Notes under the pieces: generated by a model
Told to the model about the DNA's origin: nothing
Database searches by the model: none
Seen by the model: only the letters and a program-made list of their open reading frames with translations
Origin: Gemmatimonadota bacterium
Lineage (GTDB): Bacteria > Gemmatimonadota > Gemmatimonadetes > Palauibacterales > KS3-K002
DNA: 33,023 nt
NCBI GenBank assembly: GCA_039586795.1
Contig: JBDHJS010000039.1
Coordinates: 1-33,023 of the forward strand
Direction: 5' to 3'
Position numbers and translations under genes: made by a program
Shown here: positions 1 to 8,246 of the stretch, piece by piece
Numbering within the stretch: position 1 is the first letter of the stretch
Layout: every line of letters starts with the position of its first letter

Positions 1-936
1 TCCGTACCGGTGTCCTATATAGTCGGCGGCCGACAGGCCGATGAACAGCAGGTCGACGTGCTCATCCACGCCCAGCCCTTCGTTCCGCATCATTTCGCCG
101 GCGAACTCGAGGGTGAGCTGATCGCCGAACGGCGTCTCGGGTATCCGGCCGAAGTACCTGGCATCGGGCAGACCGTCGGTGCCGGTGAGCAGGTGGGGAA
201 AGACCCGACCCATAGAATCCCGCTCGTAGGGAAAGTCATCTTCCCGTGACAGCGCGTATGCCGAGTCGGGAAAGAGCTTGGTCCAGTGAGTGCCGCAGAA
301 GCGTTCCGAGCGGTCGCTCTGGTTGAATTCGGTGACCCACGCAGGGTACTCGCTGCGATAATACTCCGACGTGATGAAGTCGCCGGTGGGAAGATGGAAC
401 CAGTAGGCGCCATCGGGTCCTTTTCCGGCGAGGGGGATCGCCGCGCGATCCTTGATCGCCACCGAATACACTTTGCTTTCGGGCGACTGCGCCTTCAGCC
501 AATCGCCCAGTCCATCGTGGAGCAGATTGGCCGGCGAGCGACCGGGCGCCTCCGGGTAGTTCAGAATGGCGCTGGTGCTGTCCGCCATTGAATAGGTCGA
601 GCGGCGCAACCGGCGGTCGTAGTAGTCGTTGCCGACGATCCCGTGGTGCGAGGGAAAGACACCGGTGCCGAGGGTCGTGTGCCCCGGCCCTGTCGAGGTC
701 GTGGCGTGATCGTGGTGGGCTTTGGTGAAGCGCAGCCCGTTGTCGATCAGCCAGCGAAGGCCGCCGGTGAACTGGGCGTCGAAGCGGTCCAGGTAGTCGG
801 CGCGCATCTGGTCCACCGAGATGACCACGACCAGCCTGGGCGTTGGCGCCGACCCGGGCGTGTCACAGGAGTTGCCGATCGCGAGAGCCATCAAGATGGC
901 CGACGTCCGGAGAAACCGAGCCTTGTTTCGTATCAT
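1..936 (-). CDS. Alkaline phosphatase superfamily protein, PafA-like (3' end runs off the window; probable lipoprotein)
   Basis: Absent from the ORF track because it is open at the edge. Hand translation from ATG at 936 gives MIRNKARFLRTSAILMALAIGNSC...LVVVISVDQMRADYL...HATTSTGPGHTTLGTG..P..HGIVGN...AIKDRAAI...TPFGDQLTLEFA...DLLFIGLSAADYIGHRYG. These match the PafA metal ligands, Thr nucleophile motif and K-x-R motif. Confidence 0.9.
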   Translation of the reverse strand, partial: MIRNKARFLRTSAILMALAIGNSCDTPGSAPTPRLVVVISVDQMRADYLDRFDAQFTGGLRWLIDNGLRFTKAHHDHATTSTGPGHTTLGTGVFPSHHGIVGNDYYDRRLRRSTYSMADSTSAILNYPEAPGRSPANLLHDGLGDWLKAQSPESKVYSVAIKDRAAIPLAGKGPDGAYWFHLPTGDFITSEYYRSEYPAWVTEFNQSDRSERFCGTHWTKLFPDSAYALSREDDFPYERDSMGRVFPHLLTGTDGLPDARYFGRIPETPFGDQLTLEFAGEMMRNEGLGVDEHVDLLFIGLSAADYIGHRYG

Positions 937-1022
937 GCAAATGTCGGGTTTCGAGTCGAAGGGGCCCGCACAAATTAGCCCTGTCGGCGTTGAGAGAACA
1001 CTGCTCACGCAAGGCTGCCGGA

Positions 1023-1060
1023 ACTGGAAGAGGGCAGCGCGGAGCTGCCCTCTAGCCAGT
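1023..1060 (-). terminator. Stem-loop downstream of the hypothetical lipoprotein gene (possible terminator)
   Basis: AGAGGGCAGC-GCGGA-GCTGCCCTCT is a perfect 10-bp stem (1029-1053), extendable by ACTGG/CCAGT, about 30 nt past the stop at 1091. The U-tract is weak. Confidence 0.5.
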
Positions 1061-1090
1061 CAGTAGTGCGCACCGGAGGATGCCCGGCAT

Positions 1091-2263
1091 TCACTTCTTG
1101 ATCGTGATGTTCCCCGCCTCGACCTCGTTCCAGACGGGTCCCCCTGGTGCCCGCGCGCAGTATGAGGCCGGGTAGCCCTCGGCCCTAGCGACGTTTTGCA
1201 GGCTGATCCGGTCCGCATCGTCGGCCTTACCTTGCCCGTTGTCCTCCACACGCCAGGCCACGCCGTTGGGTGGATCGCTGTAAATGCCGCTCGTGGCGTA
1301 TCCGCCCAGCCAGGCCCTGTTACCCACGATCGTGAAGCAGGTGACGACTCCTTCGCTGTGGGTCTCGGCGGCGTTGCCATCCACTCGGCGTACGCGCTGC
1401 CATTGGCCGTCGACAGTTCCGTCGGCGTAGCGGCGCGCGATGAAGGCGAAGGTGCGCCAATCCCCGTCCTGCCCAACGACCGTGAAGGAGCCGCTGCCGG
1501 TCACGGATTCGACGACCCGGCCCCTACCGTTAACCCGAGTGCGCGTGATGCGCAGCTTGCCCTCGAGGTCATCGGTGAACACTTGCCTCATGAGGAGATG
1601 ATCGCCCGACTCGGACCGATGGCTGGCATATCGCCCGCTCCGTATCTCGACGGCGGCGGCGGCGCCGCCACCACCGTATTCGTCCCAGACAGCCAGCTGT
1701 GCGTTGGTGTTTGGGGTATCGTGGTAGCTTTGGTCGATCGAGAAGTCGACCTGCACGTCAAACTCGCCATGGAGCACCGGGCTTGACGTGACGATCTCGG
1801 CGCCATGCTTGCCGGAGGGCCCGGCGCCCGCCGCGATATCGAAGGTGAGCACGCCTCCTGCTTCGCATGCTGTCTCCCCTACCGACCCTATGCAGCTATC
1901 ACCACCCCAGTCCCAAATAGGGCCAATGACTCCGTCCTCGAAGTCATCTACCAGCCCCTGAGGCAAATCGTGGTCTCCGTAGGCGTAGACGTTGTCGAAC
2001 CTGATCTGAAAAGCTGAGTACTCTGGCTCCCAGTTCCAGGCCATTATCGAAAACGAAAGGTCTGAGTCTAGATACGCCGCGTTCCACGACGCGAGCTTGA
2101 CCCAGTCGCCATCCCAGTAGTAGGTGGTGATCACCCAAGACTCGCCGGCCGAATTGCTGGCGGTGGGGGCGCCGGATGTGGCCACTGAAGTTGGGGTCTC
2201 CCGGGTGCACGCCGCGGCCAGTGCTAAGGCACAGAGCGCGGCGGCGATTGGCGCGGTTCGCAT
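1091..2263 (-). CDS. Hypothetical two-domain lipoprotein (ConA-like beta-sandwich + C-terminal beta domain with 'V-EDNG-G' motif)
   Basis: 390-aa ORF, GGGAG RBS-like sequence upstream, lipobox LAAA-C19, Ser/Thr/Pro linker, beta-rich domains. Confidence 0.8.
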   Translation of the reverse strand: MRTAPIAAALCALALAAACTRETPTSVATSGAPTASNSAGESWVITTYYWDGDWVKLASWNAAYLDSDLSFSIMAWNWEPEYSAFQIRFDNVYAYGDHDLPQGLVDDFEDGVIGPIWDWGGDSCIGSVGETACEAGGVLTFDIAAGAGPSGKHGAEIVTSSPVLHGEFDVQVDFSIDQSYHDTPNTNAQLAVWDEYGGGGAAAAVEIRSGRYASHRSESGDHLLMRQVFTDDLEGKLRITRTRVNGRGRVVESVTGSGSFTVVGQDGDWRTFAFIARRYADGTVDGQWQRVRRVDGNAAETHSEGVVTCFTIVGNRAWLGGYATSGIYSDPPNGVAWRVEDNGQGKADDADRISLQNVARAEGYPASYCARAPGGPVWNEVEAGNITIKK

Positions 2264-2428
2264 TCTCCCTACTCCCTTTTCGTGTGACCGCAGAAGCCAC
2301 TGCCCCTATCCCGATCGACGAATAGGCGGAGAACGCTCTCTCTCTAGGAATAATTGTTTGCGGGTTGGGCGACGGGAATCTACACCGATACGCTTCGTTG
2401 GATGGACGGATACTACTTGAACTGCCAA

Positions 2429-2474
2429 GCTGAGGTCTCCCGGCTGGCGGGACTCACTTCGCTACATTCTCAGC
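2429..2474. repeat. Small palindromic intergenic repeat, copy 1
   Basis: GCTGAGGTCTCCCGG...TCGCTACATTCTCAGC, with terminal inverted repeat GCTGAG/CTCAGC. Shares both ends with 8083-8130. Confidence 0.7.
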
Positions 2475-2489
2475 CACCCCCGGTCAGGA

Positions 2490-2909
2490 TCAGAATGCTG
2501 CGGCAACCGACGAACCGCAAGAGCAGCCGCTCTGCGCCGGGGCGTGGGTCGGGGTATGATCTCGGTCCCGATCGACGTTGATGATAACGACGACGATCAG
2601 CTGGGGGATCGGGTGTTGGCCGCGGTCATACCCGAGCGCCGACAGAAACTGAACCGCGGAGACGGCCTGCTGAAAGAAGTACTCACCGTCCAGCACGTAG
2701 AGGACCGGGTACTTACGGCTCGTCCCCTCGTAGCCCTCCGGCAGTCGCACGAGGAGCGTGCGTTCCTCAACAAGCATCTCAGATTGGAAGGATACCTTCT
2801 CGGGGCCTGGCAATCGCTCCACTTCGGTTCGCAAGGCTGATGAGCCACGCGCCAAAAGCCCAAGGGTGCCGACGAGCACCAGGACACGGAACAGTTCGAA
2901 TTTTCCCAT
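2490..2909 (-). pseudogene. Truncated IroE/BesA-type alpha/beta esterase
   Basis: The family N-terminal motifs are present (SEMLVEERTLLVRLPEGY...YPVLYVLDGE...P.LIVV.I.N.DR.RD.TP). The ORF ends at 139 aa, before any GxSxG nucleophile motif, and no continuation is recognisable downstream. Confidence 0.75.
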
Positions 2910-2913
2910 TGAA

Positions 2914-3996
2914 TCAACCTCTCGTCAGCGCGCCCATCAGGACGATGGCGGACACACCGAGGACGAGCACCAGGTAGCTGGCCATGATCAGGACAGCCGT
3001 TCGGTTCCCCCAGTTGAACGCGTAGCCGATGCCGAAGCGCTTCTCCACCAGGATCGATGGGTCGTTTCGATTGACGTAAAACATGCCCATCACCCAGCGC
3101 GCGTCATCGGCCAGCCCGTCGGTGAGGGGCGCATCGACTCCGCCCCTCTCCCTCAGCGCGCCGCCCTGCCCGTAACTCCGCATGATGCGAACCAGGCTTC
3201 CGAACCCGAAGCCCACGACGATGACCGCTCCGACGAGGAGCGTGATCACCAACGCGCCTTTGTTGGACTCTTCGAAGTGTGCGACCTGCACCGAGAGCAC
3301 AGTCAGGAAAGCGCAGGTCAGGAGAGCCATCCAGCTGAAGACGCTCGTGTTGATGTCACGGAAGGCGGCCTGCGCCTCGGCGGACCGACCGCCCCCGCCT
3401 TCGCGGACCGATAGCTTCGCCGATGCTGTGAGTACCGCGCTCAAGGCCAAGATCGGGGTGACCACAAGGTTGAACGCGGGAACCGACATGACCACCAGGT
3501 AGGACAGCTCGGCCGAGGGATCCCAGGCGATGTTCGCGTAGGCGAACGCTCCCAGACTCGCGACCGCGCAGATGGCGAGGGCCACCTTGGCGAGGGTCTT
3601 CCCTTTCGGCTCACCCGCGTCCAGGACGGCGACGGCCTTCTCGCCCTGTCGGGCAGCAGCGGCGGGCGCCAGTTCTCGAGCCTTGAAATGGAATCGGATA
3701 TAGAGGCCCAGGGCGAGGAGCAGTATGAATGCGGTCCCCGTCAGGTTACCCGCCACCGGCTGCCCGGCCAGGCTTATCCCGTAGCCGAGAGCCAGCGTCA
3801 GACCCATCGCCCCGATGACGGAGCGGGTCCAGCTGCTCAACAGCCGACGCGTCGCCTCGCGATCGGCCGTCGACTCGCCGATATAGACACCGAACATCAG
3901 GCCCTTCCGGCTGATGCGCGGGAAAGCGATGAAGATCGCACCAAGAAAGACCACCCGGGCCGTGAAGAACAGGTTCACAACGATCGCTTCACTCAT
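2914..3996 (-). CDS. DUF5808-domain multi-pass membrane protein
   Basis: C-terminal W..GMFYVNRNDPSILVEKRFGIGYAFNWGN signature and many TM segments. The start is probably the ATG at 3996 (GGGAG 7 nt upstream), overlapping the GntR stop; the ORF track starts at 4017. Confidence 0.85.
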   Translation of the reverse strand: MSEAIVVNLFFTARVVFLGAIFIAFPRISRKGLMFGVYIGESTADREATRRLLSSWTRSVIGAMGLTLALGYGISLAGQPVAGNLTGTAFILLLALGLYIRFHFKARELAPAAAARQGEKAVAVLDAGEPKGKTLAKVALAICAVASLGAFAYANIAWDPSAELSYLVVMSVPAFNLVVTPILALSAVLTASAKLSVREGGGGRSAEAQAAFRDINTSVFSWMALLTCAFLTVLSVQVAHFEESNKGALVITLLVGAVIVVGFGFGSLVRIMRSYGQGGALRERGGVDAPLTDGLADDARWVMGMFYVNRNDPSILVEKRFGIGYAFNWGNRTAVLIMASYLVLVLGVSAIVLMGALTRG

Positions 3997-4390
3997 CTTC
4001 ATTCTCCCTGTCGCCATCCAGGGCTAGCAGCTCGCTCCATGCAACAGCCGACAGTTCTTCTGGCGTCATTCCCGCCTGCCTCAGGCGTGCCAGCGTTGCC
4101 CGCAGGTCGTCCACCAGATCAGCCCGCACGGTCTCATCGATCTCCTCCGCCGGGGCTGCCACCACGACGCCGGCCCGGTCCCGTATGGTCAGGAAGCCCT
4201 CGTCCTCCAGGACCCGGTAGGCCCGAGCAACAGTATTGAGATTGACCCCGAGATCGCCGGCAAGGCGGCGCACCGATGGGAGCGCCGCACCCGGCGCGAG
4301 GGCACCGGTGGCGATGAGCTGGCGCACCTGGTCGGCGATCTGCTCGTAGACGGGGTACTCGATACTGCGGTCGATAGATATTGTCAGCAT
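3989..4390 (-). CDS. GntR family transcriptional regulator, YtrA subfamily
   Basis: P.YEQIADQVRQLIATGAL.PG..LPSVRRLAGDLGVNLNTVARAYRVLEDEG wHTH plus a short helical C-terminus. Likely start MLTISIDR at 4390. Confidence 0.92.
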   Translation of the reverse strand: MLTISIDRSIEYPVYEQIADQVRQLIATGALAPGAALPSVRRLAGDLGVNLNTVARAYRVLEDEGFLTIRDRAGVVVAAPAEEIDETVRADLVDDLRATLARLRQAGMTPEELSAVAWSELLALDGDRENEDE

Positions 4391-4402
4391 AGGAGACGCT
4401 CT

Positions 4403-4446
4403 TGTATACCGTCTGGTGTACAGCAATGTACACCAGACGGTATACA
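4403..4446. promoter_or_regulatory. Perfect 20-bp inverted repeat; probable YtrA-type GntR operator
   Basis: TGTATACCGTCTGGTGTACA-gcaa-TGTACACCAGACGGTATACA. Each arm is itself TGTA-N12-TACA, and the repeat lies 12 nt upstream of the GntR start. Confidence 0.75.
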
Positions 4447-4450
4447 GATG

Positions 4451-6169
4451 TCAAGAAGTAGTGACGCGAGTGATGTTCTGCAAGCGCAATGCAGCATTCA
4501 GCGCCGCCACCGCCTCAGCGTCCGATGTCGCCTGAATCAGTCGCTCCCGCGCCGGAGCATCGGCCAGCCCCTGTGCCAGGGCGGCGAGGATCTGGACCTG
4601 GAGACCGCTCTCGGGCTCCGGACTCAACAACAGGAACACGAGATGCACGGGCAGTCCGTCGGGCGCATCCCAGTCTACGCCGACGATCGACCGGCCGAAC
4701 GCCAACACCGGCCGCCTCAGGCCCGGCAGCCGCGCGTGGGGGATCGCGACCCCGTGACCCGTGCCCGTCCCCTGGAGCTCCTCCCGTCTCCACACCTCGG
4801 CGGCGCACACTTCGGCGCCGGGCGCCCCGGAGTGGTGGGCCAGACCGCGGCACAGCTCGTGGATCACCTCTTCACGTGTGGTGCCGCGCAGGTCGTGCAC
4901 CGCCGCCGCACGAACGAAGAACGAGAGCACGTTGACGGCCTTGCGCCGGTGGATGGACCAGGACAGCCAGGGCGCGACGAGCAGCGACGATACGATGGCG
5001 GAGACGACGATGCCGACGAAGACCTCGTTGGTGAGGATCCCGTGCTCGAGGGCCAGGTCGGCGACGACGATTCCGGTGACGCCGCTGGGCGTGAAGGCGA
5101 TCCCGATGGAAAGACGGTCCTCCGGGGATACCGTCTTCCCCAGGGCGCCCAGCCAGGCGCCACCGAACTTGGCGACGATGGAGATCACGGTTACGAAGGC
5201 GACGATGAACCAGTCGAAATCCGCCAGGAAGTCGAAGCGTAGGCCGATGCTGGCGAAGTAGAGCGGTACGAAGACCGAGTGCACCATCTGGCTCACGACG
5301 TTCCGCGTGCGTTCGCTCAAAGCATGTGACTCACCGGCCATGATCCCGGCGAGGAAGAAGCCGAGCAGAGCCGTCAGGCCGACACGGTGCGTGAGCGCTC
5401 CACACGCCAGACCCAAGCAGCTGACCAGGCTGAGAACGACGCCGGGCTGATCGGGCAACCGTTCGCTCACGTACGCGATGGCCCAGTCCACCCCTCGCAA
5501 TCCCCAGGTCAAGCAGAACGCCGTAAACGCGACGGCGACGAACAGCGCCAAGGCGACCGGGCCCAGGCGCACGCCGAGGGGCGTCGCCATTCCCACCACG
5601 ACGCTCAGGATGACCCACGCCAGGATGTCGTTGACCGCGTATCCCGATAGCGTCACCAACCCCAGATCGCTCTTCACCAGGTCCAGGTCGTGCAGGACGC
5701 GGGCGATGATCACCATGGCGCTGATCGCCATCGTCGTGCCGAGGAATAGCGCGAAGGGGAGGCGGACGCCGGGACTGGTCAGGTACTGATCGGGCAACAG
5801 CCAGGACAAGCCGAACCCGACCGCCAGGGGAACCAGCACGCCGATGATGCCGATCCGCAGCGCCGGCCCGCGCTGTCGCCAGGCCGCCGACACGTCCACC
5901 TCGAGTCCCGTCTCGAGCAGCAGGAACAGCACGCCGAACCAGGCGACGGTGTCCAGCATCGCCAACTGGATCGGGTCGGGGGGAAACAGCGCGCTCTGAA
6001 GCGCTGGCCAGGAGCGGCCCAGTATAGTTGGACCGAGCAACAGGCCGATAGCGATCTCGCCGACCAGGGGTGGATGCCCCAGACGGCGCAGCACCTCACC
6101 CAGGCCACGGGCCAGGCCCAGCAGCAGGAGAACCTGGATGAGGAAGATGCCAAGGTGCTCCTCGGTCAC
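4451..6169 (-). CDS. Cation:proton antiporter (CPA2 family) fused to a C-terminal PTS EIIA (Ntr/Fru-type) domain
   Basis: About 400 aa hydrophobic Na+/H+ exchanger region (P.LVGEI.IGLLLGPT.LG, LLETGLEVD, AVND), followed by REELQGTGTGHGVAIPHAR (phospho-His motif) and GVDWDAPDG.PV.LVFLL. Confidence 0.9.
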   Translation of the reverse strand: MTEEHLGIFLIQVLLLLGLARGLGEVLRRLGHPPLVGEIAIGLLLGPTILGRSWPALQSALFPPDPIQLAMLDTVAWFGVLFLLLETGLEVDVSAAWRQRGPALRIGIIGVLVPLAVGFGLSWLLPDQYLTSPGVRLPFALFLGTTMAISAMVIIARVLHDLDLVKSDLGLVTLSGYAVNDILAWVILSVVVGMATPLGVRLGPVALALFVAVAFTAFCLTWGLRGVDWAIAYVSERLPDQPGVVLSLVSCLGLACGALTHRVGLTALLGFFLAGIMAGESHALSERTRNVVSQMVHSVFVPLYFASIGLRFDFLADFDWFIVAFVTVISIVAKFGGAWLGALGKTVSPEDRLSIGIAFTPSGVTGIVVADLALEHGILTNEVFVGIVVSAIVSSLLVAPWLSWSIHRRKAVNVLSFFVRAAAVHDLRGTTREEVIHELCRGLAHHSGAPGAEVCAAEVWRREELQGTGTGHGVAIPHARLPGLRRPVLAFGRSIVGVDWDAPDGLPVHLVFLLLSPEPESGLQVQILAALAQGLADAPARERLIQATSDAEAVAALNAALRLQNITRVTTS

Positions 6170-6324
6170 GCGTGGCTCCAGTCCAGTTGGTTTGTAGTAA
6201 GCGATAGGGCTAGCGGACTGCCGCTAATCAAATTGGGCATATCGGGTCCATTGCGAAAGAAACTGCCCACGGTAGCGCTGGGTGCCCTGACAACCGTAGG
6301 AAGTTCTCCCAGCCGCAGAAATCC

Positions 6325-6352
6325 TTGCGTTTCGTCGCCCAGACCATATATT
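6325..6352 (+). promoter_or_regulatory. Candidate sigma70-like promoter of the lrp-eamA operon
   Basis: TTGCGT-N16-TATATT in an AT-rich stretch about 40 nt upstream of the Lrp start. Confidence 0.35.
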
Positions 6353-6392
6353 TGGAGAATAATGATCGGTATATTACCCGAAAGAGAGTATA

Positions 6393-6869
6393 ATGGACGC
6401 CATAGACGCCAAGATCCTGACGATCCTTCAAAATGACGCCCGGACCTCCAACGCCGCCATCGCCCGGGAGCTGGATATGGCGCCCTCCGCCATCCTGGAG
6501 CGAATCAAGAAGCTGCAGGCCAATGGGGCGATCGTCGGCTACGAGGCGAAGCTGGACCCCCAGGAACTGGGTCTTGGCCTGCTAGCGTTCGTGTTCGTCG
6601 ACACCGACGAGGTGGGGTCGGAGACGTCTACGGGCCGGTCGTTGGCCGAGCTGCCCGAGGTCCAGGAAGTCCATCATATCTGCGGCGAGGATTGCTACCT
6701 GGTGAAGGTGCGGGCGGAGAGCACCGATGCGCTGAGCCGGGTGCTGCGGGAAGGCATCGGGAACGTGGAGCGGGTGAAGGGCACGCGGACAACGATCGTT
6801 CTGGACACGATGAAAGAGACGGGCCGGCTACCGGTCCGCTTGAAGGATATAGGGGGCGACGATGATTGA
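6393..6869 (+). CDS. Lrp/AsnC family transcriptional regulator
   Basis: MDAIDAKILTILQNDARTSNAAIARELDMAPSAILERIKKL HTH; C-terminal PEVQEVHHICGEDCYLVKV RAM domain. Confidence 0.95.
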   Translation: MDAIDAKILTILQNDARTSNAAIARELDMAPSAILERIKKLQANGAIVGYEAKLDPQELGLGLLAFVFVDTDEVGSETSTGRSLAELPEVQEVHHICGEDCYLVKVRAESTDALSRVLREGIGNVERVKGTRTTIVLDTMKETGRLPVRLKDIGGDDD

Positions 6870-7983
6870 TTTCAAGACGACTAAGGAGAAGGCACCCGTC
6901 GGACTGCTTCTCGCCTTCGCGGCGGTCTATTTCATCTGGGGCTCCACCTACCTGGCGATCCGCTACGCGGTGGAGACGATCCCGCCGTTCCTGATGATGG
7001 GTTCACGCTTCCTCGTGGCCGGCGTGATCCTCTATGCGATACAACGCGCGCGGGGCTTGCCGAGCCCCACGTTCAAGAACTGGAAGGCGGCGGTTCTCAT
7101 CGGCGGTCTCATGTTCCTGGGCGGCGGGGGCGCCGTCGCCTGGTCGGAGCAGTGGCTGCCGTCGGGGCTGGCGGCGCTGCTGGTGGCGGCGGTTCCCATG
7201 TGGATCGTTCTGGTCGATTGGCTGCGGCCGGGTGGAGTGCGACCCGGACGTCGGGTCCTGCTCGGCCTGGCGATCGGTTTTGCCGGCGTGGCGGTACTGG
7301 TCGGCCCCATCGACCTGAGCGGATCGAACCGGATGTACCTGATCGCATCGATCGCCATCATCATCGGCAGCCTTTCGTGGGCGATCGGCACCGTGTTCTC
7401 ACGGCGCGTGAACCTCTCCCCCGCCCCGGCCATGGCTTCCTCGCAGAAGCTATTGATGGGCGGCGCGCTGCTGATGGTCGCGGGCACGCTGGCCGGTGAG
7501 TGGGGCCGGTTTGACGCCGGAGCGATCACTCTGCGCGCCGGCCTGGCCTGGGGCTACCTGATCGTCTTTGGCTCGCTGATCGCTTTCGCCAGCTACGTGT
7601 GGCTGTTGCACGAGACGACGCCAACGCGCCTGGGGAGCTACGCCTACGTGAACCCGGTGGTGGCGGTACTCGTGGGGTGGGCGTTCGCTGGCGAACCGGT
7701 GGGGCCGCGCACGCTGTTTGCGGCGGCGATCATCATACCCGCCGTGGCGTTGATCGTCAGCTTCCGGCCACAGAAGGAGGTCGAGGAGTCCGACATCCCC
7801 TCAGGCGTGGTGACAGCGCTGCACCGGGAGCGAAGGCCGCCACGACTCGAGATCGTGCCGATCGATTTCGGTAGCCGCCATGTGGAAGTGGATTTGACGC
7901 GCCTATCACGGAGAGCGGAGCAAGAAGAAGGGGCCCACGTTCCCTCGGAACCTGAGCCCCCAAGCACAACCAAGCTCTGCTAA
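6862..7983 (+). CDS. EamA/DMT family exporter (YedA-like) with a hydrophilic C-terminal tail
   Basis: VYFIWGSTYLAIR, PSGLAALL, YLIVFGSLIAF..Y.WLL, SYAYVNPVVAV motifs. Overlaps the Lrp stop by 8 nt. Confidence 0.93.
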   Translation: MIDFKTTKEKAPVGLLLAFAAVYFIWGSTYLAIRYAVETIPPFLMMGSRFLVAGVILYAIQRARGLPSPTFKNWKAAVLIGGLMFLGGGGAVAWSEQWLPSGLAALLVAAVPMWIVLVDWLRPGGVRPGRRVLLGLAIGFAGVAVLVGPIDLSGSNRMYLIASIAIIIGSLSWAIGTVFSRRVNLSPAPAMASSQKLLMGGALLMVAGTLAGEWGRFDAGAITLRAGLAWGYLIVFGSLIAFASYVWLLHETTPTRLGSYAYVNPVVAVLVGWAFAGEPVGPRTLFAAAIIIPAVALIVSFRPQKEVEESDIPSGVVTALHRERRPPRLEIVPIDFGSRHVEVDLTRLSRRAEQEEGAHVPSEPEPPSTTKLC

Positions 7984-8082
7984 CCCGCAGCACGGGTCCT
8001 GAAGAGCTTTGAGGAAGTAAGAAAGCGCGTCGCTGTAGCGGGCCAGCTGAAAGTGGACGTGGGTATGGATCGCGCGGACACG

Positions 8083-8130
8083 GCTGAGGGTCTCCCGGTA
8101 CGGGCGAGCCTGGCTCGCTACATCCTCAGC
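8083..8130. repeat. Small palindromic intergenic repeat, copy 2
   Basis: GCTGAGGGTCTCCCGGTACGGGCGAGCCTGGCTCGCTACATCCTCAGC. Outer stem GCTGAGG/CCTCAGC; inner hairpins CCCG/CGGG and GCGAGC/GCTCGC. Confidence 0.7.
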
Positions 8131-8246
8131 GTTCTCTCCTAAGCGTTGCCACGGTGAAGAGGAAATCGCCGCAAATCAAACGATAGGGATAAGCGCTGTC
8201 AGTCGGAGTCGCTCAGCGCCAGCTCGCTGACCTCAGTGGAATCAAA

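Noticed and set aside
4403..4446. CRISPR repeat or transposon end interpretation of the 20-bp inverted repeat
   Set aside because: Single occurrence, with no spacers, cas genes or transposase. Its position fits an operator.
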